A DNA stretch of 63,383 bases, counting the filler, from Chrysochromulina tobinii (Eukaryota), in assembly GCA_001275005.1 (NCBI GenBank). It is 8 parts of 8 records of this genome, joined end to end, with 100 filler letters (N's around TTAATTAATTAA, not from the genome) between each part and the next. Parts side by side here need not be neighbours in the genome. Positions count along the whole stretch, not along the records: positions 17,050 to 24,826 come from JWZX01000300.1; positions 24,927 to 40,398 come from JWZX01000301.1; 6 more parts are not named here. One strand, given 5' to 3'. The notes beneath the pieces are model-generated. The model had not been told where the DNA came from and made no database searches. It saw only the letters and a list, made by a program, of their open reading frames with translations. Made by a program: the position numbers and the translations under genes. Below are positions 20,077 to 31,458 of the stretch, piece after piece; position 1 is the stretch's first letter; every line of letters starts with the position of its first letter.

Positions 20077-22536
20077 AGTGGCGGCAGAGAGCAGCGGCCT
20101 ATGCGCACGCACAAGCCCGCGAAGCGCATGGGCATCGACGACGTCGAGGCCGCAATGAGCCAGGCGGAGCGTCAACACCTGCGTCTCGCGCTGCGCAATT
20201 CGCAGCTGATCGACCGCATGAACGACGTCGAGCTTCCAGAGGCTCCGACCTTCTACCCGACGGTCGCCCAGTTCCAAGACCCGATCGGGTACATTGCGCA
20301 CGTGCGGCGCGAGGCGCAAGCGTTCGGCGCATGCAAGATCGTACCGCCGGACGGATGGCGCGAAAAGGCGTTCGAGCTGCCCGATTCGATGGCCTTCGAG
20401 CCACGGCTTATGCCGCTGCACAAGCTGCAGCAGGGGTGCAGCTTCCAGATGGCGCCCAGCACGACGCTCGCCGCCTTCCGCGCCCAGGCTGAGGAGATGA
20501 AGGCTGCCTTTTGCGAGCGCCACCGCGTCGGCCCGTACACGGAGAACGTTCACACGGACCCCAACGACACCCTGGCCGCCGCCGACGCCGACACCGCCGT
20601 ACATGAGGAGCGTGCGGTCAAGCGGCGGCGCCAGCAGGCAGCTAAGGAGGCGGCCGTGGCGGACGTCGTGCCGCCGGGGGGCCCGAAGTCGGTGAGCGCG
20701 GCGCAGCGGCAGGAGGAGAAGGAGCTCGAGCGCCTTTTCTGGCGCCTCGTGCGGACCGAGAGCGAGCACCTCATCGTGCCCTACGGCGCAGACCTTGACA
20801 CGTCCACCCACAGGTAGAGTCACCTTGCACGCGCATGGCCGCCGACTCCCCCCCCCAACTCCCCCCCAACCATCCCCCCCCACCGCCGCCGGTCGCCACC
20901 GCCGCCGGTCGCCGCCGCTGCTGGCCGCCGCCGCCCTGTGCGCCACCCGCTGACCAACGCCCCGCGCTCGATCTCCCGCAATCTCCCCGCAATCTCCCCG
21001 CAATCTCCCCGCAATCTCCCCGCAATCTCCCCGTGCTCCCCGCCGCTCTCGTTCGCCCCCTCGCTCACCGCCGCTCTCGTTCGTCCCCGTGCTCGCAGCT
21101 CGGGCTTCGACGGCCTTGACGGCGGCGCGTGGAATCTCAAGAATCTCGCTCGCGCCAAAGGCTCATTGCTCGACGAGACGGTCGATGTGCCGGGGGTCTC
21201 GTCGCCCTGGCTCTACGTGGGCGGCCTCTTTGGCGCCTTCTGCTGGCACACGGAGGACCTGTGGATGTTCTCATGCAGCCATCTGCATGCAGGAGCCACC
21301 AAGACATGGTACGTAGTGCCGGCAGTGGCGGCGTCCAAGTTCGAAAAGGCGACGCGCGCGCTGCTGCCCTCAGTCTTCCAGGATGCGCCCGACTTGCTCT
21401 ACCAGCTCGTCGCGATGGTCGCGCCCGCCGACCTCGAGGCACAGGGCGTGCCCGTGTACACTCTGCAACAGCGCGCGGGAGAGTTCATCGTCACTTTCCC
21501 TCGCGCCTATCACGCTGGCTTCTCTCACGGCTTCAATGTGGCAGAAGCAGTCAACTTTGCCTCGGCCGACTGGCTCCCGTTTGGGCGGAATGCGATGCAG
21601 TGCTACGTGCGCCATCGGCGAACGCCCGTCTTCTCTGTCGAGCGCCTCCTGTGGCGGCTCGCGCTCGCCACAACGCCACCCATCTCGCTTTCGACCGCGG
21701 ATTGGGTTCTGCCAGAGCTGACGGCGGTCGTCGAGGAGGAGCTCCGTAGCCGGGAGACCCTGCCCACTGGCTGCCGCCATCTGCTGCTGCTCGGTCACTC
21801 GCCGGTGGACACTGCCGTGCTCGCGCACCTCGCAGCCGCATGCAACATCGACCAGCGGCGCCAAGAAAAGGTGACGGCCCGCATCGCAAAGGAGGCGTGG
21901 CGTGAGCACGGCAAGGACCCAAGAAAGCAGCCGCTCCACAGACTCCATTGGGCTCCACCGCCCAAGGAGCACTGCGACGAGTTCTGCAGCCTGGGACGCG
22001 CGACAAATGGCTTCCAGACCTTTGAGGAGGACGCGCTCACTTGCCTTGAGTGCGGCCGCGACCTCTTCCTAAGCGGCGTCACCGCCCTCGAGCCTCCTCC
22101 AAAGAGCTCCGCGGGTGCGGGCGGCGCCGCCGCCGCCGCCGCCGCGCGCTCCACGATCGGTGTGCCACTCTCTGCGTGCCTCCAGCACGCTGATAGCCTC
22201 CTGCGCTTGTACGAGAGCGCGCGCACCGCCGCCGAGCCCCCGCCATCGGATGCCCACGGGGGCAGCGCGGGGGCAGCCGCCCTCTCCGCGGACATGGCTG
22301 TGAATTCACACCTCTCTATGGACATGGCGGTGCTTCACGCCGCTCAGGTGCTTCAACTGCACTCGGGGACGTCGGAGACGAAGGCGGAGGCGGCGGAGGG
22401 AGCCGCTGCGCGCGCCGGGCGCAGCTTTGCGAGCGAACGGCATTGCGGCCGAGTTGTCGCGTGGCAACGGCACGAGAAGCACCTTCTCGAGATGATGGTG
22501 CAACGGCTGAGCGCGCGGCTCAACGACATCCTCTGA
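19430..22536 (+). CDS. KDM5/JARID-like JmjN-JmjC histone demethylase with N-terminal RanBP2-type zinc finger; exons 19430-19728, 19815-20813, 21099-22536
   Basis: WACQVCT...CAAC; JmjN EAPTFYPTVAQFQDPIGYI...GACKIVPP; YGADL..SGF..WNLKNL; JmjC FCWHTED...RAYHAGFSHGFNVAEAVNF; partial C5HC2 finger. Both GT-AG introns restore the frame. Confidence 0.88.
20969..21033 (+). repeat. 11-bp tandem array (CAATCTCCCCG)n in JmjC intron 2
   Basis: About 6 units visible directly. Confidence 0.9.
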
Positions 22537-23049
22537 AAGAGGTGGAGGAGCCTGCCAGGATGGTCCTCCGGAGGGCGCGCCTGGAGCTGGATGCAGTTCC
22601 GAGGGCGGCTACCTCGGAAGGCCTCGGAGATGGGCAGATATGGGCATGTGCGCATATGGGTTGGGACGGGTGGCTCGGAGCGACCACAAGCGCTCCTGGA
22701 CGCCGGGCGCCTCGCACCTGGAGGTCACCTGCAATGCTGCGGTAAGCTGAGGCATTCAAGTGGATACCAACATGCCATGCAGCATGTGTGACACGACCGA
22801 GATCACGAGGCCAGGTGCCGCCTGCCGGCTCGAGCAACATCAGAATTGGTGTGCGCCCCCCTGTTCGCTGTTGGCTTTCACGGGTTTGAGTTTAAACGGT
22901 TTTCCACGACGGCTACAAAATTCGGAAAATACGAGCTTTTTGCTTTAGCTTTTTAGGGCGTAGCGCGTAGGAACGCGTCTCGCGTGGTCGTCCCGCGCGC
23001 GGGGTCCGGCGTGTGCCTGTGGCCGGGACCTTCGCCGGCGGGCGGGTGG

Positions 23050-23231
23050 GGTGCGGGCAGCGGGCTGGGCGTGCGCCGAGGCACGGGACGCGGGGGCGAC
23101 GAACGCTCGGGTTCGATACGGTTAAAATGGAACGGCGAGTGGTGCGGGCAGCGGGCTGGGCGTGCGCCGAGGCACGGGACGCGGGGGCGACGAACGCTCG
23201 GGTTCGATACGGTTAAAATGGAACGGCGAGT
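23050..23231 (+). repeat. Perfect 91-bp tandem duplication, followed by a (CACT)n microsatellite at ~23281-23353
   Basis: GGTGCGGGCAG...AACGGCGAGT at 23050-23140 and 23141-23231. Confidence 0.92.
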
Positions 23232-23627
23232 ACAACAGAGTAGAACCGGAACCAAACGAACGCCTGTTAGCTGTTGTGAGCTCACTGACCACTCACTCAC
23301 TCACTCTTGACTCTACACTCACTCACTCACTCACTCTCACTCACTCACTCACTGTTACTGTAGGTGTAGCTGTTATGTGATACGTCTGTGCACACGTCTC
23401 CCCTTGCACGTCTCAGAACTAACTCAGAACCTCTCTTGAAGGTGTACAGTGGGTCACACCGCGAGAAATTTACGAGCGAACCCGAACGTACGTGTAGCAG
23501 GGGATCGGATAGTCGATAGATGTATGGGTTCGCTGAGTTGCGAGTACAGTGATGATGAATTTAAGTACAAGGTTCCAGTACGGTTTGAGTTTATGACACT
23601 GAACGATTGTTTAGAGTGTACACATGT

Positions 23628-24826
23628 TCACATGGATACGGCACAAAAACAACTCCTCTCTGTGATGAGCGCCATGCTGGCCATTGCCACCCACTCGTCC
23701 TTCGCCGGATCGTACTGCTCGACGGAGCTGAACCGGCCTTGGCCGTCATAGCCGCCCATCACATACAGCTTGCCATCAGACACCGCCGCCGCCGAAGCGG
23801 CTCGTGCCGTGGACATCGGTGCGACTGCCTCCCAGGCATTCTTCGCCGGATCGTATCGCTCGACGGAGCTGAGCAGGTGTTGGTGGTCATAGCCGCCCAT
23901 CACATACAGCTTGCCATCAACCACCGCCGCCGCCGGAGCGTCTCGTGCCATGGACATCGGTGTGACTGCCTCCCAGGCATTCTTCGCCGGATCGTACCGC
24001 TCGACGGAGCTGAGCGACTCATCATCTGCATCCATGCCGCCCATCACATACAGCTTGCCATCAACAACCGCCGCCACCAAACCGATTCGTGCCGCGGACA
24101 TCGGCGCGACTGCCTCCCAGGCATTCTCCTCCGGATCGTACCGCTCGACGGAGCTGAGCGACTTATCATTATCATCTGCACCATTGCCGCCCATCACATA
24201 CAGCTTGCCATCAACCACCACCGCTGCCGAACAGAATCGTGCCGTGGGCATCGGTGCGACTGCCTCCCAGGCATTCTCCTCCGGATCGTACCGCTCGACG
24301 GAGCTGAGCGACTTATCATTATCATCTGCACCATTGCCGCCCATCACATACAGCTTGCCATCAACCACCGCCGCTGCCGAACAGAATCGTGCCGTGGGCA
24401 TCGGTGCGACTGCCTCCCAGGCATTCTCCTCCGGATCGTACCGCTCGACATAGCTGAGCGACATATCATCTGCACCATTGCCGCCCATCACATACAGCTT
24501 GCCATCAACCACCGCCGCCGCCGGAGCGCATCGTGCCGTGGACATCGGCGCCATCGCCTCCCACACATTCGCCATGGAGTCGTACCTGTAAAAGGTGGCC
24601 AACGCATCACCGCCATTGGCGAGCCCGCCCACAATGTAGAGCTTCTCAAAGCCCACACGACGACGCGCCGAGTCGCCATGCAGTGCGCCAAGCAAGGACT
24701 GACTAAGCACCTGCATGCCAGCAAATGTCCTCAGCAATGGCTCGTTGTGCACCGTCTCTTGCACAAACTCGCGACTCAGCAGCGGAAAGCGCACCAGCCG
24801 AAGCAGTGCCAGCGCGTCGTCCTCGG
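23628..24826 (-). CDS. Kelch-repeat protein (probably BTB-BACK-Kelch), 5' truncated, 7 Kelch repeats
   Basis: End of a BACK domain (VRFPLLSREF), then repeats of LYVMGG...SSVERYDP..NAWEAVAPM..AR....AAVVDGK. Confidence 0.92.
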
Positions 24827-24926
24827 NNNNNNNNNNNNNNNNNNNNNNNNNNNNNNNNNNNNNNNNNNNNTTAATTAATTAANNNNNNNNNNNNNNNNNN
24901 NNNNNNNNNNNNNNNNNNNNNNNNNN
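24827..24926. other. Artificial contig spacer
   Basis: N44-TTAATTAATTAA-N44. Confidence 0.99.
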
Positions 24927-27791
24927 CCCTTCGGCGGAGCCACTCGACGAGCCTCTCGACGAGCCCGTTGTGGCGGAGGAGGATCCGGCAGCAGCCTTGG
25001 CCCAAGCGGCAGCAGCCCAGGCCGAGACGCCCCAAGATTGGCTGCCCCCCACCCCCCGCGCATTGGCGCCCATCCCACTGCTGCCCATCGTACTGCCAAC
25101 GTGGTCGCCCATGCCCGTACGCGTGCGCCACGTCATCTTTTGGAGCGCCTCGCGCACCTCCGAGATCGAGGGCAGCCGTTGGACGGCCGAGTTGTGCAGC
25201 CAGGCGAGCATCTGCGAGACTTCGTGCAGCTCCTCGAGCGACACGGCGTGCCCCGGCTCGTACGCACGCGGGTTGATGGCGAGCGACTGCACGAAATCGA
25301 GCGCGGGCACCTTGCCAAGGATCGAGCAGTAAAAGGCATCAGAGGTCATCAGGGAGGTCATCAGGAAGGTCATCAGAGGTCATCATGGGTCATCAGAGGT
25401 CATCAGAGGTCATCAGAGATCATCATAGGTCATCAGAGGTCATCAGAGGTCATCAGAGGTCATCAGTGGTCGTCAGAGATCATCAGAGGTCATCAGGGAG
25501 GTCATCATGAACCCTCACCTTGCCGAGGATCTTCGAGTGCAAATCGACGCAGTGCTCGGCGCCCCGAAGCGCGTCCGCACTTTCCATATTTGGGGCGCGG
25601 CAATGCAGGTAGTGCAGAGCGACGCACTCGTCAGAGCGCCCCTTGTAATTGAGCGGATGCACCGTCGAGAGCGGCGAGGCACACCGGCGCTGGTGCGCCC
25701 ACGCCTCGCACACGCTCTCTGCCGTCCGGAGAGGCAATCAGAGGCAATCAGAGGCAATCAGAGGCAATCAGAGGCAATCAGGGGCAATCAGAGGAGAGGT
25801 CCACGCCTCGCACACGCTCTCTGCCGTCCGGAGAGGCAATCAGAGGCAATCAGAGGCAATCAGAGGCAATCAGAGGCAATCAGAGGCAATCAGAGGAGAG
25901 GTCCACGCCTCGCACACGCTCTCTGCCGTCCGGAGAGGCAATCAGAGGCAATCAGAGGCAATCAGGGGCAATCAGAGGAGAGGTCCACGACTCGCACACG
26001 CTCTCTGCCGTCCGGAGAGGCACTGTGCCGTCACAAGAGGTCATCAGAGGCAATCAGAGGTCCTCATCAGAGCTCATCAAAAAGCAGCTCCTCACCTGCC
26101 GACCGGAGAGGCACCGTGCCGTCACCGTCCTCATACTGAGTGACGCAAGGTTCCTCGTTCATATTCTTAGGCCACGGCTCCGTGTACAGGAAAGAGGTCT
26201 GCGTGGGCTTGCCGGAGCCCATGTAGCACACGACGGGGATCGGTGGCGCACGCCAGATGTCGAGGAGCTCAAGGGAGGCATCGTACGCCGCCACCATCTC
26301 GCTCTTCGCGTCCGTGGGCGAGTACCTGACAAAGGAGGCAATCATCAGAGGTCATCAGAGGTCATTAGCCTTGCTCTTCGCGTCCGTGGGCGAGTACCTA
26401 ATGATGATGGGCGCCATCAGAGCTCATCAGATGGCAGAGCTCACCAAGATGGTGATGATAGGCGCACTCAGAGCTCATCAAGATGGTGATGATGGGCGCA
26501 CTCAGAGCTCATCAGCGCTCCTCAGCGGCACGCATTCGCCATCAGAGGCAATCAACTTACGCTTCGATTTTTCGTAAGAGACGACGCAGATCCGCGCGCG
26601 TGCCTCGATAGTACTCGGCACCAAATACGGACGCCGCGCCGTCGGCGCCCGTCGCGGCGCGCCCGCCATAGCGCGGCAGAGTTGACGCCCCGATCAGAGG
26701 TGCATCGCCTCCATGGAGCGACAAGATGGTCGTGTTGCCCCAGACGCGTTCATGGGGGAGCAGCATGAAGGCCGAGCCCATCTTGCGAGAAAAGTCACGT
26801 GTCTCTGCATTGGAGATGAGCAGATGCGCGGCGACCAGGGCAGTCGGACGCAATCAGGTATTGCAGGGTGCACGGATTGCTGCACGGACGTGTACACTCC
26901 GAGGTACACTCAGAGGTACAATCAGAGGTAGTGGGCTTCTAGGGGCGTCTGATATCAATCTTCAACAAATCGGTTCCTCACTCGGCACCTTTCGGCACGC
27001 TCGGAATGATTTGGCAATTCATCCTTCGCCACGGAGGTGCAATCAGAGGTGCAATCAGAGGTGCAAGCAGAGGTGCAATCAGAGGAGCCCTCGCCTGCAT
27101 CGGTGATGATCATTCGAGAGACCATCTCGGCGCCGGAGAGGAGGACCCGCGCGACCTGCGGCGAGCCCGCGAACGGCGGGGCGATCGCGACGAGCGCGCG
27201 CATCAGCGACGTCGTCTCCGGCCCAAACACCTTTTGGATGCAGTAGAGGATCTGAAGATTGCCGAGCGAGTGGCCAACCACAATCGCCTTGCGGTGGGCA
27301 GTGTCATTCGTGGCGAGGTGCAGCGTGCGCGCCAGATCGGCACACAGCTTATTCTCCGTCGGAGGCAGCCGCCAGTCAAAGGGAACGCCGAACAGATTCG
27401 TGCCCGCACGGAAGCCGGCGCGCTCGAGCTGCCCAATCATGTCCCAATACACCTTGGCCGTCGAGACGCACTCGCGCCCGACCTTGAGCAAGCATGCGAC
27501 ACCCTTGATGCCAAAGTTGGTGAAGTCTGGCTCGATGCGATGGCCAGGGCGGGGCGCCTTCGGATCGAGGGAGGCCACCCAGTCGAAGTAGAGCGACGCA
27601 CTCAGCGGTCCCATGGCTGCGGAGCGCTGCAGTAATCGATGTGACTCCGGAAGCCAGAGATGGCGTGACACTGTCTCGATCGATCCCGGCAAACGCACGT
27701 GCTCTCGCAGCCTGCTGCCCATAACGCCCGGCACTAGAATGACGGGTTGGCAAGCGCCTCGGGCGTTGCAAGCCGGCCCAGGCGCCGACAT
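24927..27791 (-). CDS. LCAT/group XV phospholipase A2 family acyltransferase; introns 26805-27094 (GC-AG), 26326-26560, 25719-26095, 25311-25518; 3' truncated
   Basis: PVILVPGVMGSRL, LFGVPFDWRL, VVGHSLG nucleophile elbow, IAPPFAGS, EDGDGTVPLRSAESVCEAW. All four splices restore one frame. Start may be 27791 or 27839. Confidence 0.88.
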
Positions 27792-28364
27792 CGCTTCCGT
27801 CCGACGAGATTGCGTTTCGTCTTGGTCGACTCCAATCATGATATGAATACTTTTCACGTTAATTTGCCATCTCGGCAAGACGCACGACCACCGGTCCCAC
27901 GGCACTGCTATGGCGTATGGGTTGAGGGTTCGCGCGGCCAGGGGCGAGGTCAGTTGGACGCCGCACCGGGCGGCCCGGTGGCCGGGAAAAGTCAAGTCAA
28001 GTCGATGCTCATACTCATATCAGTTGTAGTTCATACAAGGGAGGCGAACGTTCGGCCGTGTCGGCGGAGCGATTAATCGGATGACGGCGGCGCGACGTCG
28101 TCGTCGATCTCGATGTCTCGGGGATCGTCAAGACTCAAGTCCCGAAGCGCGAGGGTTAACGCGAGGGGAGCGACCGAGTCCGGCGAGATCGGCACGCGCG
28201 TACGTCGAGGCGCACGCTTAGTTATCAACGAATCAAAATCGAAATAACGAAAGCCCTTTCGGGACACGAGTTTACATGCACGTAATTCGGCGCTCCCCTA
28301 CGCTCCGAACCCGCGGAGGGGGGCGCTCGTGGCGGCGCGTCGGCACCCGGGGCACCTCTTGCTC

Positions 28365-29525
28365 CTACGAAAGGTCGCTCCGCACGACGGGGATGTCAAA
28401 GGAGGCGAGGGCGTGCTCGAGATCGGTCTCCTCGACCAGAGAGACGTTGGTCGAGAAGGTCGAGATGTTGAGCAGTGGCAAGCCCTCCTCGTACGGCGTG
28501 AACATCTTCGCGACGACGCCGACCTCATCGAATCCAAAGATTCCCGATAAGCGCAGCGGGCGCCAGCGCGTGGTGGTCCCCACGATCGCGGCCTCCGGAA
28601 AGGACGCGAGCGAGCACTCGTCCAAGATGAGCGAGATCTCATCGTCCGAGAGCGTGTACGACCAGAAGCAACCCGCTCCCGACGCTGGCGCGAAGAGCAT
28701 TCGTTGGATGAGAGCGTGCGCGCATGCCTGTAACATTGAGAACTGGAGGCGAACGACCACGAGCGTCGTGGGGAGCACCTGCACGAAGAGCCCTCGCTCG
28801 CTGCCAAAGACGCGCCCCTCGCTGCTGCTCGGCGCACCCGCCTCCGAGCTAGTGCCGCTTGCGCTGCTCGCTGCTGTCGCGGAAGGCCCCGCCGCCGCCG
28901 AAGCGCCTGTGCTCCCCTCGCCCTCGGCGCCGCCGCCGACGGCACTGGTGCCGTTGGCGCTGCCCTGGTGGCCATCGTCGAACGCGTCGTCGTCAAACGT
29001 GTTCTCCGAGCGGCGCACCATCGCCTTGTGCGAGATGTCGGCCTTGAGACCGACAACGTCGTGCTGCAGCCGCTCCAGAATGACACGCGTGGCCGAGGCG
29101 ACGTCCGATTCTTGGACGAGCATGAAGTCACGGTCGTTGGACGACAGGTTTAGGATCGACACCTTGCTCTCCGCCATGAGCGTCGCGAGGAAGCACACGA
29201 GGCCGGGCACCTCCCACGCGAGTGAGCCCAGGTGCAGCTCGAGCACGCGCCAGCGGTTCGGAGCGTACTCGATGGCGGCCACGCCGGCCGCCTCGTCGAA
29301 GGCGGCACGGCAGCGATCGTCCATGATCAGCGTCGCCTCGGTCGCATCCTGCGTCAGGCTGAAGAAGCCTGACGGCCCTTTGCCCTCCCCGCCGCCGAAC
29401 ATGGCCTTGAGCAGCGGCCACGCGCACGATTTGAGGTCGTTGGGCAGGATGCGCCCGACGCTCACCTCTCCCGGCAGCATGCTGATCGTGAAGTTGGAGT
29501 TGGACACAATGTCATACGAGCTCAT
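28365..29525 (-). CDS. CASTOR/GATS-like protein with four ACT domains
   Basis: Two homologous halves: FFSLTQDATEATLIMD...WRVLEL...PGLVCFLATLMAESKVSILNLSSNDRDFMLV and FWSYTLSDDEISLILD...WRPLRL..FGFDEVGVVAKM...LLNISTFSTNVSLV. Confidence 0.85.
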   Translation of the reverse strand: MSSYDIVSNSNFTISMLPGEVSVGRILPNDLKSCAWPLLKAMFGGGEGKGPSGFFSLTQDATEATLIMDDRCRAAFDEAAGVAAIEYAPNRWRVLELHLGSLAWEVPGLVCFLATLMAESKVSILNLSSNDRDFMLVQESDVASATRVILERLQHDVVGLKADISHKAMVRRSENTFDDDAFDDGHQGSANGTSAVGGGAEGEGSTGASAAAGPSATAASSASGTSSEAGAPSSSEGRVFGSERGLFVQVLPTTLVVVRLQFSMLQACAHALIQRMLFAPASGAGCFWSYTLSDDEISLILDECSLASFPEAAIVGTTTRWRPLRLSGIFGFDEVGVVAKMFTPYEEGLPLLNISTFSTNVSLVEETDLEHALASFDIPVVRSDLS

Positions 29526-29850
29526 CTCAGATGAGGCCAGCTCCAAAAGCAAGTGGGCCGACCAGTGGGCCCGTCACACGTTGCACCTCCAAGGGGCTCG
29601 TGGCGGTGTGCAGTGAAGATTGGATTGTCATCAAACAATCAGACGCAAATATTTTCAATCACATCGACCTCCTACGCCCACGCTTAGGCCGCCCCTTCCC
29701 CGTGACACACTCACGCTGCGTGCGCCCTGGCTCACGCCTTCATTTGACCCGCCGGGTCCCCCTCTCTGTGACATGATGCAGCGCCGGCGGCCAAAGTTGA
29801 CTCTCGCGCACGCGGGCCAACTACACACTTGTTGCCGGGTGGCCAGCGGC

Positions 29851-31008
29851 TTACTCGCCGGAGCTGCCGCCCTCGAAGCCAAGCGCGCGCTTGATCTCGT
29901 CATAGCCGACGAGCACAAGAGCGCCGCCGAGGGTGCGCAGCACGTTGGCAGCGAAGCCCTTGAACATGGCGCCCATGCCCTCGTTCTTGACGATCTTGAC
30001 GGCGCAATCGAGGGTGCCGTTGTAGAGCCACTTCTCCTTGGGCTTCTCGGCCTGCATCTGGAGGCGGCGGCGCACCGTGTCGAAGGGGTAAGAGATGAAG
30101 CCCGCGATGATCGCGGTGGTCTGAGCGATCGCGAACACGGACAACATCCGGAGGGGGCCCTCCGCCTTCTTCCACGGGTTGATGTCCTTGAGAGTATCGA
30201 AGACGCCGAAGTAGGGGCCACGGTAGGCGACGATGCCGACGACGGAGACGCCGAAGCCCGCGTACATCGAGAAGAAGCCGCCCTGCTGGATGGTCTTGGC
30301 AATGCAGTCGCCGAGACCTGAGAACTGGGGCGTGCCAGAGCCCACATCCGAGGCGAGGCGGGTGCGCGCGTAGTCAAGCGGGTACACAATGGTGAGCGAG
30401 CCGGCGCCGGCGAGGCCGCCCGACGCCATGTTGGTAGCGAAGAACTTCCAGAACTCCTTCTTCGAGTTGTACTTGGGGAAGAGACCCTTGATCGTGTCCT
30501 TGAACGCAAAGTTGAAGGCTTGGGTGGGGAAGTAGCGGATGACGTTCACGGTGTTGCCACGCCAGAACGCCGCGAAGCCCTGCTCCGAGGCAACGCGGGT
30601 GAAGCAGTTGACGATGCCCGTGTAGCGGGCAACCTCGCCCGAGATGATCTTCGGGTTCGCGTCCTGCGTCTGGATGAGCAGCTTCACGCGCTCGATCGGC
30701 GCGGTCGCGGTCTTCGCGACAGCGCCCGCAACACCGCCGGCGCAGAAGTCAACGAGAAACGAGACGACCTTCGAGCCGCCCTCAGCGGGCGCCGGAGCGG
30801 CGTAGGCCTTGTTCTCGCGGGAGAACACGCTGTCGCAGCAAAGGAGCCATGAGGGAAGGGTCTGACGATTAGTCGCCAAGCGGGCGCAAAGCGGGGCAGC
30901 GATCACTGTTGCAGTGACGAGTCTGACGCGCTGGGCTACTAGGCAGGTGGGGTGCCGCGCTGGGCAGCCAGGCAGCTAGGGTGCCGCGCCTCACCTCGGG
31001 AAGAACAT
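29851..31008 (-). CDS. AAC: Mitochondrial ADP/ATP carrier; exons 31008-30995 and 30829-29851
   Basis: AKTATAPIERVKLLIQTQ, NVIRYFPTQAFNFAFKD, YPLDYARTRLASD, YPFDTVRRRLQM. GT-AG intron 30830-30994 joins MFFPS|VFSREN in frame. Confidence 0.95.
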
Positions 31009-31458
31009 GTTCGGGCTAGGATCCGCGCGATGCAAGGTGAACTTGATGATGCCACGTCTGCACTGTGGAATCTGCGGCACCTCTTTCGTATCGTTTTTGT
31101 GTAACGGCTTTGCGGAAACGAAGGGGATCGGGGTGCCGGTAGCGAAGTTGTAATGTTGGCGCAGCCGCAGGGCCAGGGACGAGGTGTACTTCCTCGGCGC
31201 CGCGTGGCCGTGGGCGCGGAACTGGCGCGCCAATGGGGCGGGGCGGGCGGCCGCGCGGCGCTACACCTTGGCGCTACATGTACATCGAACGGCGATCCCA
31301 TGCATACAATTGTAGGAACACGCCACAGAAGAGCTTCCGGAGCAGTATGTCCGCTTTGCGGCGAACGAAACAGATAGAGACCAACTTTAGGGCTGGAAAA
31401 ACGTTTCTTTCTGAAACGTAGACTTCAAGCTCAACACGGGCCAAGCAAGCAATCAATC

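Noticed and set aside
20034..20077. (GGC)n, (GAGGAC)n at ~18004-18073 and CAG/CAC tracts at ~60889-60983
   Set aside because: Ordinary coding low-complexity tracts in a GC-rich eukaryote.
23105..23125. tRNA gene suggested by GGTTCGA
   Set aside because: No cloverleaf pairing or D arm can be formed.
25699..26020. CRISPR-like look of constant ~35-bp units separated by spacers
   Set aside because: The constant units are copies of the host exon junction and the spacers are decamer arrays, not unique sequences. Eukaryotic context, no cas genes.
30052..30075. RRRLQM instead of the RRRMMM ADP/ATP carrier signature
   Set aside because: All other AAC motifs are intact, so this is treated as a signature variant rather than a new carrier.
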